Assembly: GCA_023252215.1 (NCBI GenBank)
Contig: JAHEXG010000003.1
Span: forward strand, 1 to 60,131
Direction: 5' to 3'
Source: Candidatus Altiarchaeales archaeon
Lineage (GTDB): Archaea > Altiarchaeota > Altiarchaeia > IMC4 > QMZM01
Length of the DNA stretch: 60,131 nt
Shown in pieces: positions 15,653 to 25,911 of the stretch. How positions within the stretch are numbered: position 1 is the stretch's first letter; the number at the start of each line of letters is the position of its first letter. The translations under genes and the position numbers were made by a program. Below the pieces are notes generated by a model. That model made no database searches and had not been told where the DNA came from. It worked only from the letters and a program-made list of their open reading frames with translations.

Positions 15653-16978
15653 ATGAAACGAATGATCGCTCTTGCAGCCTTTGTATTATTCTTGGCGGCG
15701 TCTTTTTCATCGGCGCTGCCGGATACGGAAGCGGCAGGCAGTCCGTCAGTTGTGCAGTTGGGCAGCGGAAATAATGCATCCAATATGTATTTTTCCGGTA
15801 GGAAATTGACTGAGGATATCTATATGAATGCCTATCTTGCCATTTACAAAGATATCGTCTCCGGGGGAGGCAAATATACTCCTGGCGAGTTGTCCGACGT
15901 AATAGACTACTATGTGTCGAATGAGAATTTAGCCTCTAACCTGAGTTCTCGGGGCGAAAGATCCGATGAGGCGATAGGGGATATATTGAAGAAAGCCGGC
16001 GCAGATATCGGCTGGGGGTCTTGTTACATGGCCCGTTCTGTAGACTCCGAAGTGTGCTGTGTGGATGACACGAGCACTCCGGGCTATTGCTTCGTTGACT
16101 CCGTCTGCCAGGGCGGTAAATGCGTGCCAAACAGCGGAAGCGGCTGCTACATGACCGTGTCGAGACACGGCAAACCCTGCTGCGTCGACTATACGGTTTC
16201 GCATGGCTACTGTTATCTGGACAGCGTCTGCCTGGGGGACTTATGCGTTGATAATTCCACGAACGGCACTACTACGACAACCACTCCGGCTCCCACTACC
16301 ACTTTGGGTCCGAATCCTGGTTGCCGTTGGATGGTTTGCGGGAATATGTACTGCGAAGCAGTGTTTCCTTATAATCCCTATCTTGACGAAGCCAATCCTC
16401 TCAGTCCCTGTTGCTGCGAGCAGGACTGCGGCTTTCCGTGCTCCTCTAATACGACAACTACCACCACCAGTATTGTTACCACCACCACTACTATTTCCAG
16501 TACCACCACTACTATTTCCGGCACCACTACGTCTTCCTCCGGCACCACTACGACGTTGTCTAGGGGCTGCTGGCCTCTGGTATGCGGAGACTGGTTATGC
16601 GAGTATATGGTACGGGATCCCTCTCGCGACGAGTCCGATCCCTACAGCAGGTGTTGTTGTGAAGAGGACTGCGGGATTCCGTGTTCTTCCAACGCAACTA
16701 CTACCACTACTATTTCCAGCACCACCACTACCGCAGTCAATCAGTCCTGTTCTATGACCACGTCGATCTACGGAGAACCGTGCTGTGTTGACGCGAGCAT
16801 TTGGCCGGGTTATTGTTATCTTAACAGCGTCTGCCAGGATGGCTGGTGCGTTGATAAGAAGACGACTTGTTATATGACTACCTCAAAATATGGTGATCCT
16901 TGTTGCGTTGATTCCTCGGTGCCTTCGGGTTATTGTTATCTTGACAGCACCTGCAGGAACGGAATTTGTGTCAGTTGA
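15653..16978 (+). CDS. Secreted modular Cys-rich protein: 4 six-Cys modules + 2 eight-Cys modules joined by poly-Thr linkers
   Basis: Signal peptide. Modules CYMxxSxxGxPCCVDxxxxxGYCYLDSVCxxGxCV (x4) and CxxxVCGxxxCExxxxxxxxxxxxxPxSxCCCExDCGxPCSSN (x2), arranged A-A-B-B-A-A. Confidence 0.7.
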   Translation: MKRMIALAAFVLFLAASFSSALPDTEAAGSPSVVQLGSGNNASNMYFSGRKLTEDIYMNAYLAIYKDIVSGGGKYTPGELSDVIDYYVSNENLASNLSSRGERSDEAIGDILKKAGADIGWGSCYMARSVDSEVCCVDDTSTPGYCFVDSVCQGGKCVPNSGSGCYMTVSRHGKPCCVDYTVSHGYCYLDSVCLGDLCVDNSTNGTTTTTTPAPTTTLGPNPGCRWMVCGNMYCEAVFPYNPYLDEANPLSPCCCEQDCGFPCSSNTTTTTTSIVTTTTTISSTTTTISGTTTSSSGTTTTLSRGCWPLVCGDWLCEYMVRDPSRDESDPYSRCCCEEDCGIPCSSNATTTTTISSTTTTAVNQSCSMTTSIYGEPCCVDASIWPGYCYLNSVCQDGWCVDKKTTCYMTTSKYGDPCCVDSSVPSGYCYLDSTCRNGICVS

Positions 16979-16987
16979 GGCGAGAAG

Positions 16988-17677
16988 ATGAGAAAAGAAT
17001 GTAGCGGTAAGAGGTCGGGGATGTTTTTGTTTTCCTTCTTAGCCTTAGCTCTTTTTTTGTTCTTAATCCTTGGCGGCGCCTCGGCAAAGGAATTGGTTGA
17101 AAAGGCGCATGGGGCTGTTGTTCCCTCGGCTTCGGGCGATAACGTTGAACTTGCCGCATCCGCGGGGCAGACGCCGGTTACTGCGGAGATCAGGATGTAT
17201 TCAAAGGATAAGATCGCTCCCAGGTTGATACTTTCCGCATCCGAGATAGAGGCTTTGAAAAAGAAGTTAGTCAATCTTCCCAAGTCTTCCAGGATAGAAG
17301 TCCCTGACTGGGGCTATGTGGTGGTTTGGAACTATAACAACTCGGCTCTTTCTTACAGTTCCATATATGCGCTGAATAACCGGTTGATCCTGGTTGATGC
17401 GAAAGGAGAGCGCAGCTACTATGTGGATACTAAGAAGGTCGGGGAATGGCTGCTCCTGCTCGTAAGCAAAAATACGCAGGTCGTATCCCAGAGGCCGGAA
17501 TGGGCTGGGAGCGTGGTAGTAGGCAAGTCCACTGAGACGACAAGTGAAACGCCGGCGGGCGCAGGCGTAGTCAGGAACCAGAACCTCATGGAGTATGCTC
17601 CTTACATGGTCGTAGTATTGATATTGCTGTTATTCGCTTATATGGCTTTCAAAAAGCCCAAAACCGAAGGCGCTTGA
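16988..17677 (+). CDS. Hypothetical secreted protein with a C-terminal TM anchor
   Basis: N-terminal signal/TM segment. C-terminus is YMVVVLILLLFAYMAFKKPKTEGA. Confidence 0.5.
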   Translation: MRKECSGKRSGMFLFSFLALALFLFLILGGASAKELVEKAHGAVVPSASGDNVELAASAGQTPVTAEIRMYSKDKIAPRLILSASEIEALKKKLVNLPKSSRIEVPDWGYVVVWNYNNSALSYSSIYALNNRLILVDAKGERSYYVDTKKVGEWLLLLVSKNTQVVSQRPEWAGSVVVGKSTETTSETPAGAGVVRNQNLMEYAPYMVVVLILLLFAYMAFKKPKTEGA

Positions 17678-17687
17678 TTCTTTTTTT

Positions 17688-18515
17688 TTAGATTATCATC
17701 CCTAGGCCGAAGCCTAATAAGAGTCCAAGAGTAATGGGCGGAAGCGCCGGCAGGACTACGTCTTTTTTGTTGATGATATAGAAGAACAATGCTGCAAGGC
17801 CGAGTAGTCCGCCCAGGCTCGTAGCGGCCGCCTGAGTTACAGTGTAATCCCTTAGCACGGAAACCGAGAACACCAGCGGTATGGCCAGGTCTCCCGTGCC
17901 CAGGCCCAGTATCCTTTCTCCTACTGGTATTCCGAACATCAGGGGCAGTTTTCCTTTTGCGCCTTCGGCCAGAGTCACCATATGCTTTGTGCCGAACACC
18001 GCGACCAGGTCGTAACAGGACAGGCCTATGAGCAGTACCAGCGAGGGAACGAAGGCGAGGGATGCGCCCATCCAGGAGCCTATGCCCGGCAGAGAGAGTA
18101 TGAGTAAGGCGTTCATAACTGTTAGATTATGTCTCTTCCAATACGCTATTATAAAGACCGGGATTGCCAGAAGCGCTCCGGCAGCGCCTAATAGACCCCA
18201 CAAGGTTATGTCCAGGCCCGCGAAAAGACCAAGGTAAATAATTAGTTTTATTACCTGATTGAATTTATATTTCATGAGTACCAGGAGCGCGGCAGTTGAT
18301 GCCAGTACGTATGCGAATATCTGCAGAGAAGATGTGACGTCTCCTGGGTTGTCCACTACCGGCTGAAGGTCTCCTCCCTCTTTTACGTTGTCTATTATAC
18401 CGCGGCTTCCGTCTGGTCCGGTCCTGCTGATGTAGAGCCCTATGCCCTGGACCAAAAGGTATATGGCTGCGGCGATGAGCAGCGGCTTAAGATGCCCTGC
18501 ATCCAACTTATGCAT
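17688..18515 (-). CDS. Presenilin / signal-peptide-peptidase-like intramembrane aspartyl protease (PSH family)
   Basis: Polytopic protein. YD (LSCYDLVAVFG), GxGD (LGLGTGDLAIP) and PAL (VVLPALPP) motifs occur in the expected order. Confidence 0.7.
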   Translation of the reverse strand: MHKLDAGHLKPLLIAAAIYLLVQGIGLYISRTGPDGSRGIIDNVKEGGDLQPVVDNPGDVTSSLQIFAYVLASTAALLVLMKYKFNQVIKLIIYLGLFAGLDITLWGLLGAAGALLAIPVFIIAYWKRHNLTVMNALLILSLPGIGSWMGASLAFVPSLVLLIGLSCYDLVAVFGTKHMVTLAEGAKGKLPLMFGIPVGERILGLGTGDLAIPLVFSVSVLRDYTVTQAAATSLGGLLGLAALFFYIINKKDVVLPALPPITLGLLLGFGLGMII

Positions 18516-20583
18516 CCTCCGTGAACTGGTATTTGTCGTGCCTGGGCTCGAATATCACGCCCTTGCTCTTTAATTCGTTTATTATCTTCTCAACCTCGGA
18601 GCGGTCTATTTTCTTCTCGGCAGTCGCAGCAAGTATCTCCTGCATTCCCGCACTCTTCTCCGGGCTGTTTGCGATGATTCCTCTGATAGTGGTCTCCACT
18701 ATCTTTATCCGGTCTCTTGCGGACTGGGAGTGGTCGGTTGCGATCCGGTCTATGTCTATCTTTCCTGTGATCTTGTCTGTTGCAACCTCTCGCAGGACGA
18801 AGTTTGTTAGATTGATGACCCGTTCCGCATCTTCCACCGTAACCTCGCTGCGCAGCCTTATCTTTGCCGAGGCCTCTGCCAGCCTGACCAGGGCCTCAAG
18901 CTGTCTTGCGGTCGCACGTACTGTGTCGCGGTCTCCTCCTCTTAGTTCTACGTAATAGTCCCGCAGCTTTATCCCGGCTTCTTCCGAGAGCAGGGGGTGT
19001 ATGTTCTTGCGGGCGTAGGCGATGTATTTTCTGAACAGGTCTACCGATATTGCGGGCTCCAGGTCTTTTTGGTCTTCGCCTACTTTGTGCATCTTCAGCA
19101 TGTGTTCCGCTATCTTTCGGTCAGTGTCCCGGTCTACGATGTCCTGTATGGGAAAGATCAGGTCAAATCTGGATATCAGGGTCGGCGGTATGTCGAACTG
19201 TTCGCCGAGGGGCTTGTAGGAATCGAATCTGCTGAATTTTGGGTTCGACGCAGCCAGTATCGCAGTGTTGCACTTGAACCTTGCGACGATGCCGGCTTTT
19301 GCTACGCTGATCGTTTGCTGTTCCATTGCCTCGTGCATCGCGGCCCGGTCTTCTTTTTCCATCTTGTCGAATTCGTCGATGCATGCTATTCCTCCGCCTG
19401 CTAGGACGAGCGCTCCTGCTTTCAGGGTCCAGGCGCCTTCTGCTAGTTCGTCTTTCTCGGCCGTGGCCGTCAGGCCTGCGCCCGTTGTTCCCTTGCCTGA
19501 GACGTAGATACTCTTTGGGGCTATCTGGTCCACGTATTTGAGGAGACGCGATTTAGCGACACCGGGGTCGCCGATGAGAAGCAGATGTATGTCGGCTCTC
19601 ACCTTTCCTCCGTCAGGCAGCGTCTTGCCCTGCCGTCCGCCGAACATCTGCAAGGCGATGGCCTCCTTTACTTCGCGGTATCCGTAGATGGACGGAGCGA
19701 TCGAATCGACTATCTTCCGGTATACTTCCGGGTCGCGGGAGAGTTTCTGTATCTCTTTTTCTTCCTTCTTTGTTATCTCGATATCCTCAAAGTCCTTCTC
19801 CACGGGCTCTATGTAGTTAGCCTCTATGAACTTATAATACACCGACCCCTTCTTCTGCGGAGGCTGCAAACGTATGACTCCGGTCAAAGTCACCTTGTCT
19901 CCTGCAGTAACCTTGTCTGTGAGGTCGTCCTCCACCCATACTTTGATCTTTCTGGCCTGTTCTCCGCCTTTTATGTATTCCAGGGGTTCCTGTATCTCCA
20001 GTACCTGGAAATCAAGCCACTGCGACTCCTCTGGAAGGAAGCGGAAATCCATTTTGCCGCAGTCTCTGCATCGCACGGGCTGGACTATCTGCCCCCGCAG
20101 GCGGTCTTCGCGTTCCTGTCGTATGTCCATGTTCTGGCCGCATCCGTTGCAGCGGAATTTGGCCACATATAATTTGGGCAATACGTCGCTTATCCGGTTC
20201 ACCACGCCCTCGGTGCCTAGGAAGTGGGCGATGGTCTCGGAGTCGATGAAGCGCACCATCAACGTATATCCTTTCTCCTTAGGTAGGTTAGTGAATCTTA
20301 CGTGGAACTCCGGACTACCGGAAGCGCCGGTTTCAAGGACCGGGATATTCCGCTCGTTCAAAGCCTGCTCGAATATGTCTATAACGCCGGTCGGGGTCTT
20401 TTTCCCCTGGCTGTCATAGGTTACGCCGTAGGGATTGGCCAGTAAAGCTTCCGCGATGTCGGAGTCGAATTTCTCCAGCGCCTGCCAGTCAAGGACCAGG
20501 CTCTTCTCCTCGGGATACTTTTCGGCAAGCTGGTTGATCGCTTCCTCCCTTCCGTCTAAGAATTTCTCGATACGGTCCTTCAT
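18508..20583 (-). CDS. mcm: MCM replicative helicase
   Basis: 691 aa. Zn motif CNGCGQ...CRDCG, Walker A GDPGVAKS, Walker B CIDEFDKM, arginine finger SRFDLIF. Confidence 0.95.
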   Translation of the reverse strand: MKDRIEKFLDGREEAINQLAEKYPEEKSLVLDWQALEKFDSDIAEALLANPYGVTYDSQGKKTPTGVIDIFEQALNERNIPVLETGASGSPEFHVRFTNLPKEKGYTLMVRFIDSETIAHFLGTEGVVNRISDVLPKLYVAKFRCNGCGQNMDIRQEREDRLRGQIVQPVRCRDCGKMDFRFLPEESQWLDFQVLEIQEPLEYIKGGEQARKIKVWVEDDLTDKVTAGDKVTLTGVIRLQPPQKKGSVYYKFIEANYIEPVEKDFEDIEITKKEEKEIQKLSRDPEVYRKIVDSIAPSIYGYREVKEAIALQMFGGRQGKTLPDGGKVRADIHLLLIGDPGVAKSRLLKYVDQIAPKSIYVSGKGTTGAGLTATAEKDELAEGAWTLKAGALVLAGGGIACIDEFDKMEKEDRAAMHEAMEQQTISVAKAGIVARFKCNTAILAASNPKFSRFDSYKPLGEQFDIPPTLISRFDLIFPIQDIVDRDTDRKIAEHMLKMHKVGEDQKDLEPAISVDLFRKYIAYARKNIHPLLSEEAGIKLRDYYVELRGGDRDTVRATARQLEALVRLAEASAKIRLRSEVTVEDAERVINLTNFVLREVATDKITGKIDIDRIATDHSQSARDRIKIVETTIRGIIANSPEKSAGMQEILAATAEKKIDRSEVEKIINELKSKGVIFEPRHDKYQFTEDA

Positions 20584-20645
20584 ATTCTCACAGTTTTTTT
20601 TCTAAAGGGTTATTACTTATAGAATTGAGATTAAAAACAGCCCCC

Positions 20646-22232
20646 TCAGCTCAAAGTTATCTCCTGCCCCGCAGCTATCGCGTTTTGAAGCATCCTGCCT
20701 TCCTGGCTGCTCCTTTTGATCTTGATCATCCCGTTCTTATAGGTCCTGGCATTGAATAGGTCTTCTCCGTCGGCGCAGACGGTTACCATCTCGTCTCTCC
20801 TGCCTGACCTGATAACTATGGCCTTCTTTGTGTTGGCGACGCTTACTTCGTCTCTTGCGCGTTCTTCTTTCTGCGCGGCCTTCTGCCTGACCGGTATGAC
20901 GACGACTTCTTCGCCGAAGGAATACATCTCATATTGCGGGTTGCAGGTCTCAAAGTCCCTTATCTCGATGACCGGCCTGGACAGGTCTCCGTCGCGCATT
21001 CCAAAGGGGACTTTCACAGTCATCCTAAGCTCGTACACCTGCTTTATCTGGCCTGCCTCTATGAAAAGAATGGTGTCCACTACGTGCGGTATTATCCCCA
21101 GTTCCACGCGGCCGATCAGCCTCTGCACTGCGTCTATTGCCCTGTTGGCGTGGCAGACTCCCACCAGCCCTACTCCTGCGAGGCGCATGTCTGCGAATAT
21201 CTGGAAATCTTTTGTCTTCCTTACTTCGTCGTATATGGTATAATCAGGCCTCACAAGCAGCAGCACGTCGGCCGTCGCTTCCATCGAGCCTTCAAGGCCT
21301 GTGTACTGGGTTACAACGTCCGGTACCTGCAAGTCCCTTGGAGACTCCATGGTCTTGATGACCTTGCCCCTGGACAAATAGAACTCTGCAAGAGCCTGCG
21401 CAAAAGTGCTTTTACCCTGCCCCGGGGCGCCTGCGATAAATATACCCTCAGCCCTCGAACCCAGCCGGTCAAGAAGCTTCTTGGAAAGCTTATAGTCCTC
21501 CAGTCGGGTCTTCATAATGGGCCTTACGGCAGTTATCTCCAAGCCGTCGGAAAAAGGAGGCCTCGCGATCACGATACGATACTCGCGCAACTGTATGACG
21601 GACACCCCCCGTTTCTCCATCTCCATGTAACCCTTAGGGTCCGACCGGGCGCAGGAAACTATTTCTTTAGCATATTCCTCAATTTCTTCCCTGGAAACAT
21701 GCGGCTTTATCTCTACAAGCGCGAAACTGCCCACATGGCCTTTCTTGGCATAAGCCGGGGTGCTTTCTTTGAGATGCACCGAAGCAGTCTCATTATCGAA
21801 CAATTTGAATATCCCCGGCTCCACAGTCTTAACCTTTGGGCCGATGTATACTACTTTCAACCCCTTTGCTTCGGATACCAAAGCCTGCGTCTTATCGCTG
21901 GTGACCAGCGTCGCATCGTTTTCTTCCGCAGTCTTACGGATAAGATCGTCAATGGCCCCTGCCCTGGCGAATTTTATGCCCAAATCACTCGGCGGCTTTC
22001 CATGGAACCGGATCTTTATCCTGCCGTCTGATCCGTCTGCGACCTTTCTTAGTTCCTTTAATTCGTTTAATCCGTCGAACCCTGTTTCCCGGCCCAGGTT
22101 GGCCTGGTTCTCAAGCTCCGCTACGGCCGCTTCTGGTATTATTATCTCCACTACGCCCGGTTCTCTTTTCAGGGCTTCTGTTATCCGTCCGTCTATTATG
22201 GCGGAGGTATCCGGCACTATCCTGCTGTCCAT
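20646..22232 (-). CDS. PIN-domain + PilT-like ATPase + KH-domain protein (COG1855 type)
   Basis: N-terminus [13 protein letters not shown] (PIN), Walker [10 protein letters not shown]. Confidence 0.75.
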   Translation of the reverse strand: MDSRIVPDTSAIIDGRITEALKREPGVVEIIIPEAAVAELENQANLGRETGFDGLNELKELRKVADGSDGRIKIRFHGKPPSDLGIKFARAGAIDDLIRKTAEENDATLVTSDKTQALVSEAKGLKVVYIGPKVKTVEPGIFKLFDNETASVHLKESTPAYAKKGHVGSFALVEIKPHVSREEIEEYAKEIVSCARSDPKGYMEMEKRGVSVIQLREYRIVIARPPFSDGLEITAVRPIMKTRLEDYKLSKKLLDRLGSRAEGIFIAGAPGQGKSTFAQALAEFYLSRGKVIKTMESPRDLQVPDVVTQYTGLEGSMEATADVLLLVRPDYTIYDEVRKTKDFQIFADMRLAGVGLVGVCHANRAIDAVQRLIGRVELGIIPHVVDTILFIEAGQIKQVYELRMTVKVPFGMRDGDLSRPVIEIRDFETCNPQYEMYSFGEEVVVIPVRQKAAQKEERARDEVSVANTKKAIVIRSGRRDEMVTVCADGEDLFNARTYKNGMIKIKRSSQEGRMLQNAIAAGQEITLS

Positions 22233-22337
22233 TACGTCAAATCGTCGAATGTCGATTTATGTGCTTTGAGTCTTTTATTTGGCCAGAGACTATTAACTAC
22301 TGTTAACTACTGGGTTTTGAACTAGAAATAACAGGAA

Positions 22338-23051
22338 ATGAGAGAAAAAAACGCTTCAAAAGACCTACTGGAAAAGAATATCGCAGGAGAAATAACCCTG
22401 TCAGAGAAGCCGGGAAAGGCTTTGAGGAAATGGCGCGAGATATTCGGGATAACCCAAAAAAACCTGGCAAAGACATTGAAGATATCCCCCTCAGTTCTGT
22501 CAGACTATGAATCCGGACGACGCAGATCACCCGGCGCGGAATTCATAAAAAGATACGTACTGGCACTGGTCGCACAGGACCGCAGAAAAGAAGGAGGAAT
22601 AACCGGCAAAATTCCCGAAACCGCCAAATCCGGAGCAGTGCTGGACATAAGGGAATTCATAAAACCCATGACCGGCAGAGCATTCCTAAAATACGTAAAC
22701 GGAAGAATAATAGCAGACGAAGGGGACCTAGACAAAAAAATCTACGGATACACCGTGATAGACAGCATAAAAGCCATACTCGAACTATCGGACACGCAAT
22801 TCCCCCAGATATACGGCCTAAACAACCAGAGAGCCCTCATATTCACAAAAGTCCACATGGGGCGTTCGCCCATGATAGCGATAAAAGTAACAAAACCCAA
22901 GCCGGTCCTTGTAATATTCCACGGCGTCGCGCCATCTGAAGTAGACAAACTAGCGGTTAAAATAGCGGAAGCAGAAAAGATCCCGCTCATAATATCCCTG
23001 ACCGAAAACGAAGAAAAACTGGTAGAAGACCTAAAGAAGATCGAAGCGTAA
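22338..23051 (+). CDS. Archaeal HTH_XRE transcriptional regulator (COG1709 type)
   Basis: LRKWREIFGITQKNLAKTLKISPSVLSDYESGRR. Confidence 0.65.
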   Translation: MREKNASKDLLEKNIAGEITLSEKPGKALRKWREIFGITQKNLAKTLKISPSVLSDYESGRRRSPGAEFIKRYVLALVAQDRRKEGGITGKIPETAKSGAVLDIREFIKPMTGRAFLKYVNGRIIADEGDLDKKIYGYTVIDSIKAILELSDTQFPQIYGLNNQRALIFTKVHMGRSPMIAIKVTKPKPVLVIFHGVAPSEVDKLAVKIAEAEKIPLIISLTENEEKLVEDLKKIEA

Positions 23052-23109
23052 ACTTTATTAAACCCCATCACCTAAATCACAATAATCGCAGACTTTTGGA
23101 AAAAAGAAA

Positions 23110-24162
23110 ATGCAGGTAGGAATAGTCGGATACGGAGCATATGTGCCTAAATACCGGATAAAAGCAGAAGAGATAGCCGTCGTCTGGGGAGAAGACGCGG
23201 AAAAGATAAAAAGCGGTCTCTGCGTCCGGGAAAAATCAGTGCCCTCGATAGACGAAGACACGGCAACCATCGCAGTCACATGCGCAAGGAACGCGCTCGA
23301 ACAGGCAAAGATCGATCCTGCGGACATAGGCGCAATATACGTCGGTTCCGAGTCCCATCCATACGCTGTGAAGACTACTTCTAGCATGGTGGCCGAGGCC
23401 ATAGAGGCAACTCCCGTGCTCACGGCCGCTGACTATCAGTTCGCCTGCAAGGCAGGGACTGCGGCGATGCAGACTGTCATGGGGATGGTTGCTTCCAAGA
23501 TGATAAAATACGGAGTCGCCATCGGAGCAGACACCTCCCAGGGAAAACCCGGAGACGCGCTTGAGTACACTGCCAGCGCAGGAGGCGCAGCATACATAAT
23601 CGGCGCAGAAAACGTCCTGGCGATAATACGCGATACCTATTCATACACGACCGATACCCCTGACTTCTGGAGGCGGGAAGGAGCGGAATTCCCAAGCCAC
23701 GGCTCAAGGTTCACCGCGGAACCTGCATACTTCAGGCACGTCCTCGCGGCGGCGAAGGGGATACTGGAGAAGAACAAGATGCAGCCCAAAGACTTTAAGT
23801 ACGCAGTCTTCCACCAGCCCAACGGAAAATTCCCGCTGAACGCGGCAAAGAAGCTGGGATTCACAAACGAACAAGTATCAACCGGCCTGCTTACGCCGAT
23901 GATAGGGAACACGTATTCGGGAGCCACACCCCTCGGCCTCGCGGCAGTCTTGGACGAAGCATGCGCAGGCGACAAGATACTCGCGGTATCATACGGTTCG
24001 GGGGCCGGAAGCGACGCGTTCATAATCGAAGTGACGAAGGAAAACGAGAAGCGCAGGAACAAAAAGACCGTGAAGTCCTACATAAACAAGAAGGAATACC
24101 TGACCTATTCGATATACTCTAAATTCAAGGGGAAAATAAAGGGCGTCTCCCTGGAGAAATAA
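23110..24162 (+). CDS. Hydroxymethylglutaryl-CoA synthase
   Basis: 350 aa, archaeal HMGCS pattern ([15 protein letters not shown]...[12 protein letters not shown]...FHQPNGKFP...SYGSGAGSD). Confidence 0.9.
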   Translation: MQVGIVGYGAYVPKYRIKAEEIAVVWGEDAEKIKSGLCVREKSVPSIDEDTATIAVTCARNALEQAKIDPADIGAIYVGSESHPYAVKTTSSMVAEAIEATPVLTAADYQFACKAGTAAMQTVMGMVASKMIKYGVAIGADTSQGKPGDALEYTASAGGAAYIIGAENVLAIIRDTYSYTTDTPDFWRREGAEFPSHGSRFTAEPAYFRHVLAAAKGILEKNKMQPKDFKYAVFHQPNGKFPLNAAKKLGFTNEQVSTGLLTPMIGNTYSGATPLGLAAVLDEACAGDKILAVSYGSGAGSDAFIIEVTKENEKRRNKKTVKSYINKKEYLTYSIYSKFKGKIKGVSLEK

Positions 24163-24163
24163 G

Positions 24164-24301
24164 ATGACCGGAAAGAAAGTCGCAATGTGAGGCTACAGCC
24201 TCACTCACCTGCCACGAGTATTGTGGTGCCCAGGGCACCACGTAACGCATGAGTATTTTAGGAATTACGAATGACAAAATGACCGGAAAGAAAGTCGCAA
24301 T
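24164..24301 (+). repeat. Perfect 23-bp direct repeat (24164-24186 and 24279-24301) flanking a 92-nt hairpin insert
   Basis: ATGACCGGAAAGAAAGTCGCAAT occurs twice. It is the thiolase start codon plus the next 20 nt. Confidence 0.9.
24187..24253 (+). repeat. HP-2 double-hairpin module, copy A
   Basis: GTGAGGC-TACA-GCCTCAC..ACGAGTATT-GTGGTGCC-CAG-GGCACCAC-GTAACGCATGAG. Confidence 0.7.
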
Positions 24302-25445
24302 AATAGGAGTCGGGCTCACAAAATTCGGAGAGCTCTGGGAGAAAAGCTACCGCGACCTCATAACCGAGGCCGGAGTAAAGGCCATAAGCGATGCCGGAAT
24401 AGACGGAATAGACGTGCAGGAACTGTTCGTAGGCTCCATGTCCCCCGGCCTGTTCGCTGCGCAGGAGCATATAGGCGCGCTTGTCGCCGACTACGCAGGG
24501 TTAACGGGCATCCCCGCAACAAGGGTGGAAGCCGCATGCGCTTCAGGAGGCCTTGCGCTCAGGCAGGCATATACTTCGATAATGGCTGGAAGAAACGACA
24601 TCGTAGTCGCAGGCGGCGTGGAAAAGATGACCGACGTACCCACGGGCCTTGCAATGACCGCCCTAATGGGGGCGGGAGACGAAGAATGGGAAGCATTCAA
24701 CGGAGCGACATTCCCCGCGCTTTACGCCCTGATGGCCCGAAGACACATGATGGAATACGGAACCACGATAGAACAGATATCAATGGTCTCAGTCAAAAAC
24801 CACGCGAACGCAAAACACAACGAATACGCGCAATTCCAGTTCGAAGTATCATTGGAAGACGTTCTAAATTCCGCCAAGGTCGCAGAGCCTCTGCGCCTGC
24901 TGCACTGCTCGCCCATAACCGACGGAGCGGCAGCGGTCATACTCGCAAGCGAAAAGAAAGCAAAAGAAATATGCGACAACCCTGTCTGGATAACCGCATC
25001 GGCAATGGCGACCGACACGCTCGCCCTAAGCGATCGAAAGAGCTTGACGCAGACCAATTCGGCCATTCTCGCGGCAAAAGACGCCTACAAGCAGGCAGGA
25101 GTCGGCGCAAAAGACATAGACTTTGCGGAGGTCCACGACTGTTTCGCAATAGCAGAGCTTTTGGCAATAGAAGCGCTCGGCTTCTGCAAGATAGGCGCGG
25201 GCGGAAAATACACGGAAGACGGGCACACCAAGATCGGCGGAGAACACCCTGTAAACACGAGCGGAGGCTTGAAAGGAAAAGGACATCCTGTCGGCACGAC
25301 TGGAATAGCGCAGGCAATAGAGGCGACGCTTCAACTACGCGGGACAGCCGGGAAAAGACAGGTCAAAGACGCAAACATCGGGCTCACGCACAATGTGGGA
25401 GGATCGGGTGCGACCGCGGTTGTTCACATATACCGGAGGGACTAA
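24279..25445 (+). CDS. Acetyl-CoA acetyltransferase (archaeal thiolase)
   Basis: MTGKKVAIIGVGLTKFGE...ACASGG...HNVGGSG. Start placed at ATG 24279 (second repeat copy) rather than track start 24249, which lies inside the insert. Confidence 0.85.
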   Translation: MTGKKVAIIGVGLTKFGELWEKSYRDLITEAGVKAISDAGIDGIDVQELFVGSMSPGLFAAQEHIGALVADYAGLTGIPATRVEAACASGGLALRQAYTSIMAGRNDIVVAGGVEKMTDVPTGLAMTALMGAGDEEWEAFNGATFPALYALMARRHMMEYGTTIEQISMVSVKNHANAKHNEYAQFQFEVSLEDVLNSAKVAEPLRLLHCSPITDGAAAVILASEKKAKEICDNPVWITASAMATDTLALSDRKSLTQTNSAILAAKDAYKQAGVGAKDIDFAEVHDCFAIAELLAIEALGFCKIGAGGKYTEDGHTKIGGEHPVNTSGGLKGKGHPVGTTGIAQAIEATLQLRGTAGKRQVKDANIGLTHNVGGSGATAVVHIYRRD

Positions 25446-25446
25446 G

Positions 25447-25845
25447 ATGAAAGGATTAGCTTCTTACTGGAGATTGATTCCTCAAAGGTATAACCTTATT
25501 GGAACCGAGTGCAATCACTGCAAGCAAAAGTTCTTCCCTCCGAGGAAGATATGCCCCACCTGTAGACGGCATGGGGAGATAAAGAGCTATAAATTCAAAG
25601 GCGTTGGAGAGATTTACTCGTACACCGTAATACATGCTGCGCCCGATGGGTTCGAGTTTCAGAAGCCTTACGCGCTAGGGCTCATAAGGTTGGTCGAAGG
25701 ACCTCTTGTGACTGCGCAGATCGTGGACTGTAAGCCGGACGAAGTAGAAGTTGGGAAGAAAGTGGAAATGGTTTTTAGGAAGATTTTTGCCGGTGGGAAG
25801 GAAGGGACTATCCGGTATGGATATAAGTTTAAGTTGGTTGACTGA
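25447..25845 (+). CDS. DUF35 OB-fold/Zn-ribbon protein (scaffold of the thiolase/HMGCS complex)
   Basis: CNHCKQKFFPPRKICPTC...YSYTVIH...GLIRLVEGP. ATG lies 1 nt after the thiolase stop. Confidence 0.8.
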   Translation: MKGLASYWRLIPQRYNLIGTECNHCKQKFFPPRKICPTCRRHGEIKSYKFKGVGEIYSYTVIHAAPDGFEFQKPYALGLIRLVEGPLVTAQIVDCKPDEVEVGKKVEMVFRKIFAGGKEGTIRYGYKFKLVD

Positions 25846-25868
25846 TTATTTGTTTTCTTCTATTGGCC

Positions 25869-25908
25869 TTTCAAAACTGGGTGGTTGAACTCAACCACGC
25901 GGTTCGGG
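25869..25908 (+). repeat. HP-1 imperfect hairpin element, copy 3
   Basis: TTTCAAAACTGG-GTGGTTG-AACT-CAACCAC-GCGGTTCGGG, 23 nt after the DUF35 stop. Confidence 0.8.
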
Positions 25909-25911
25909 CGG

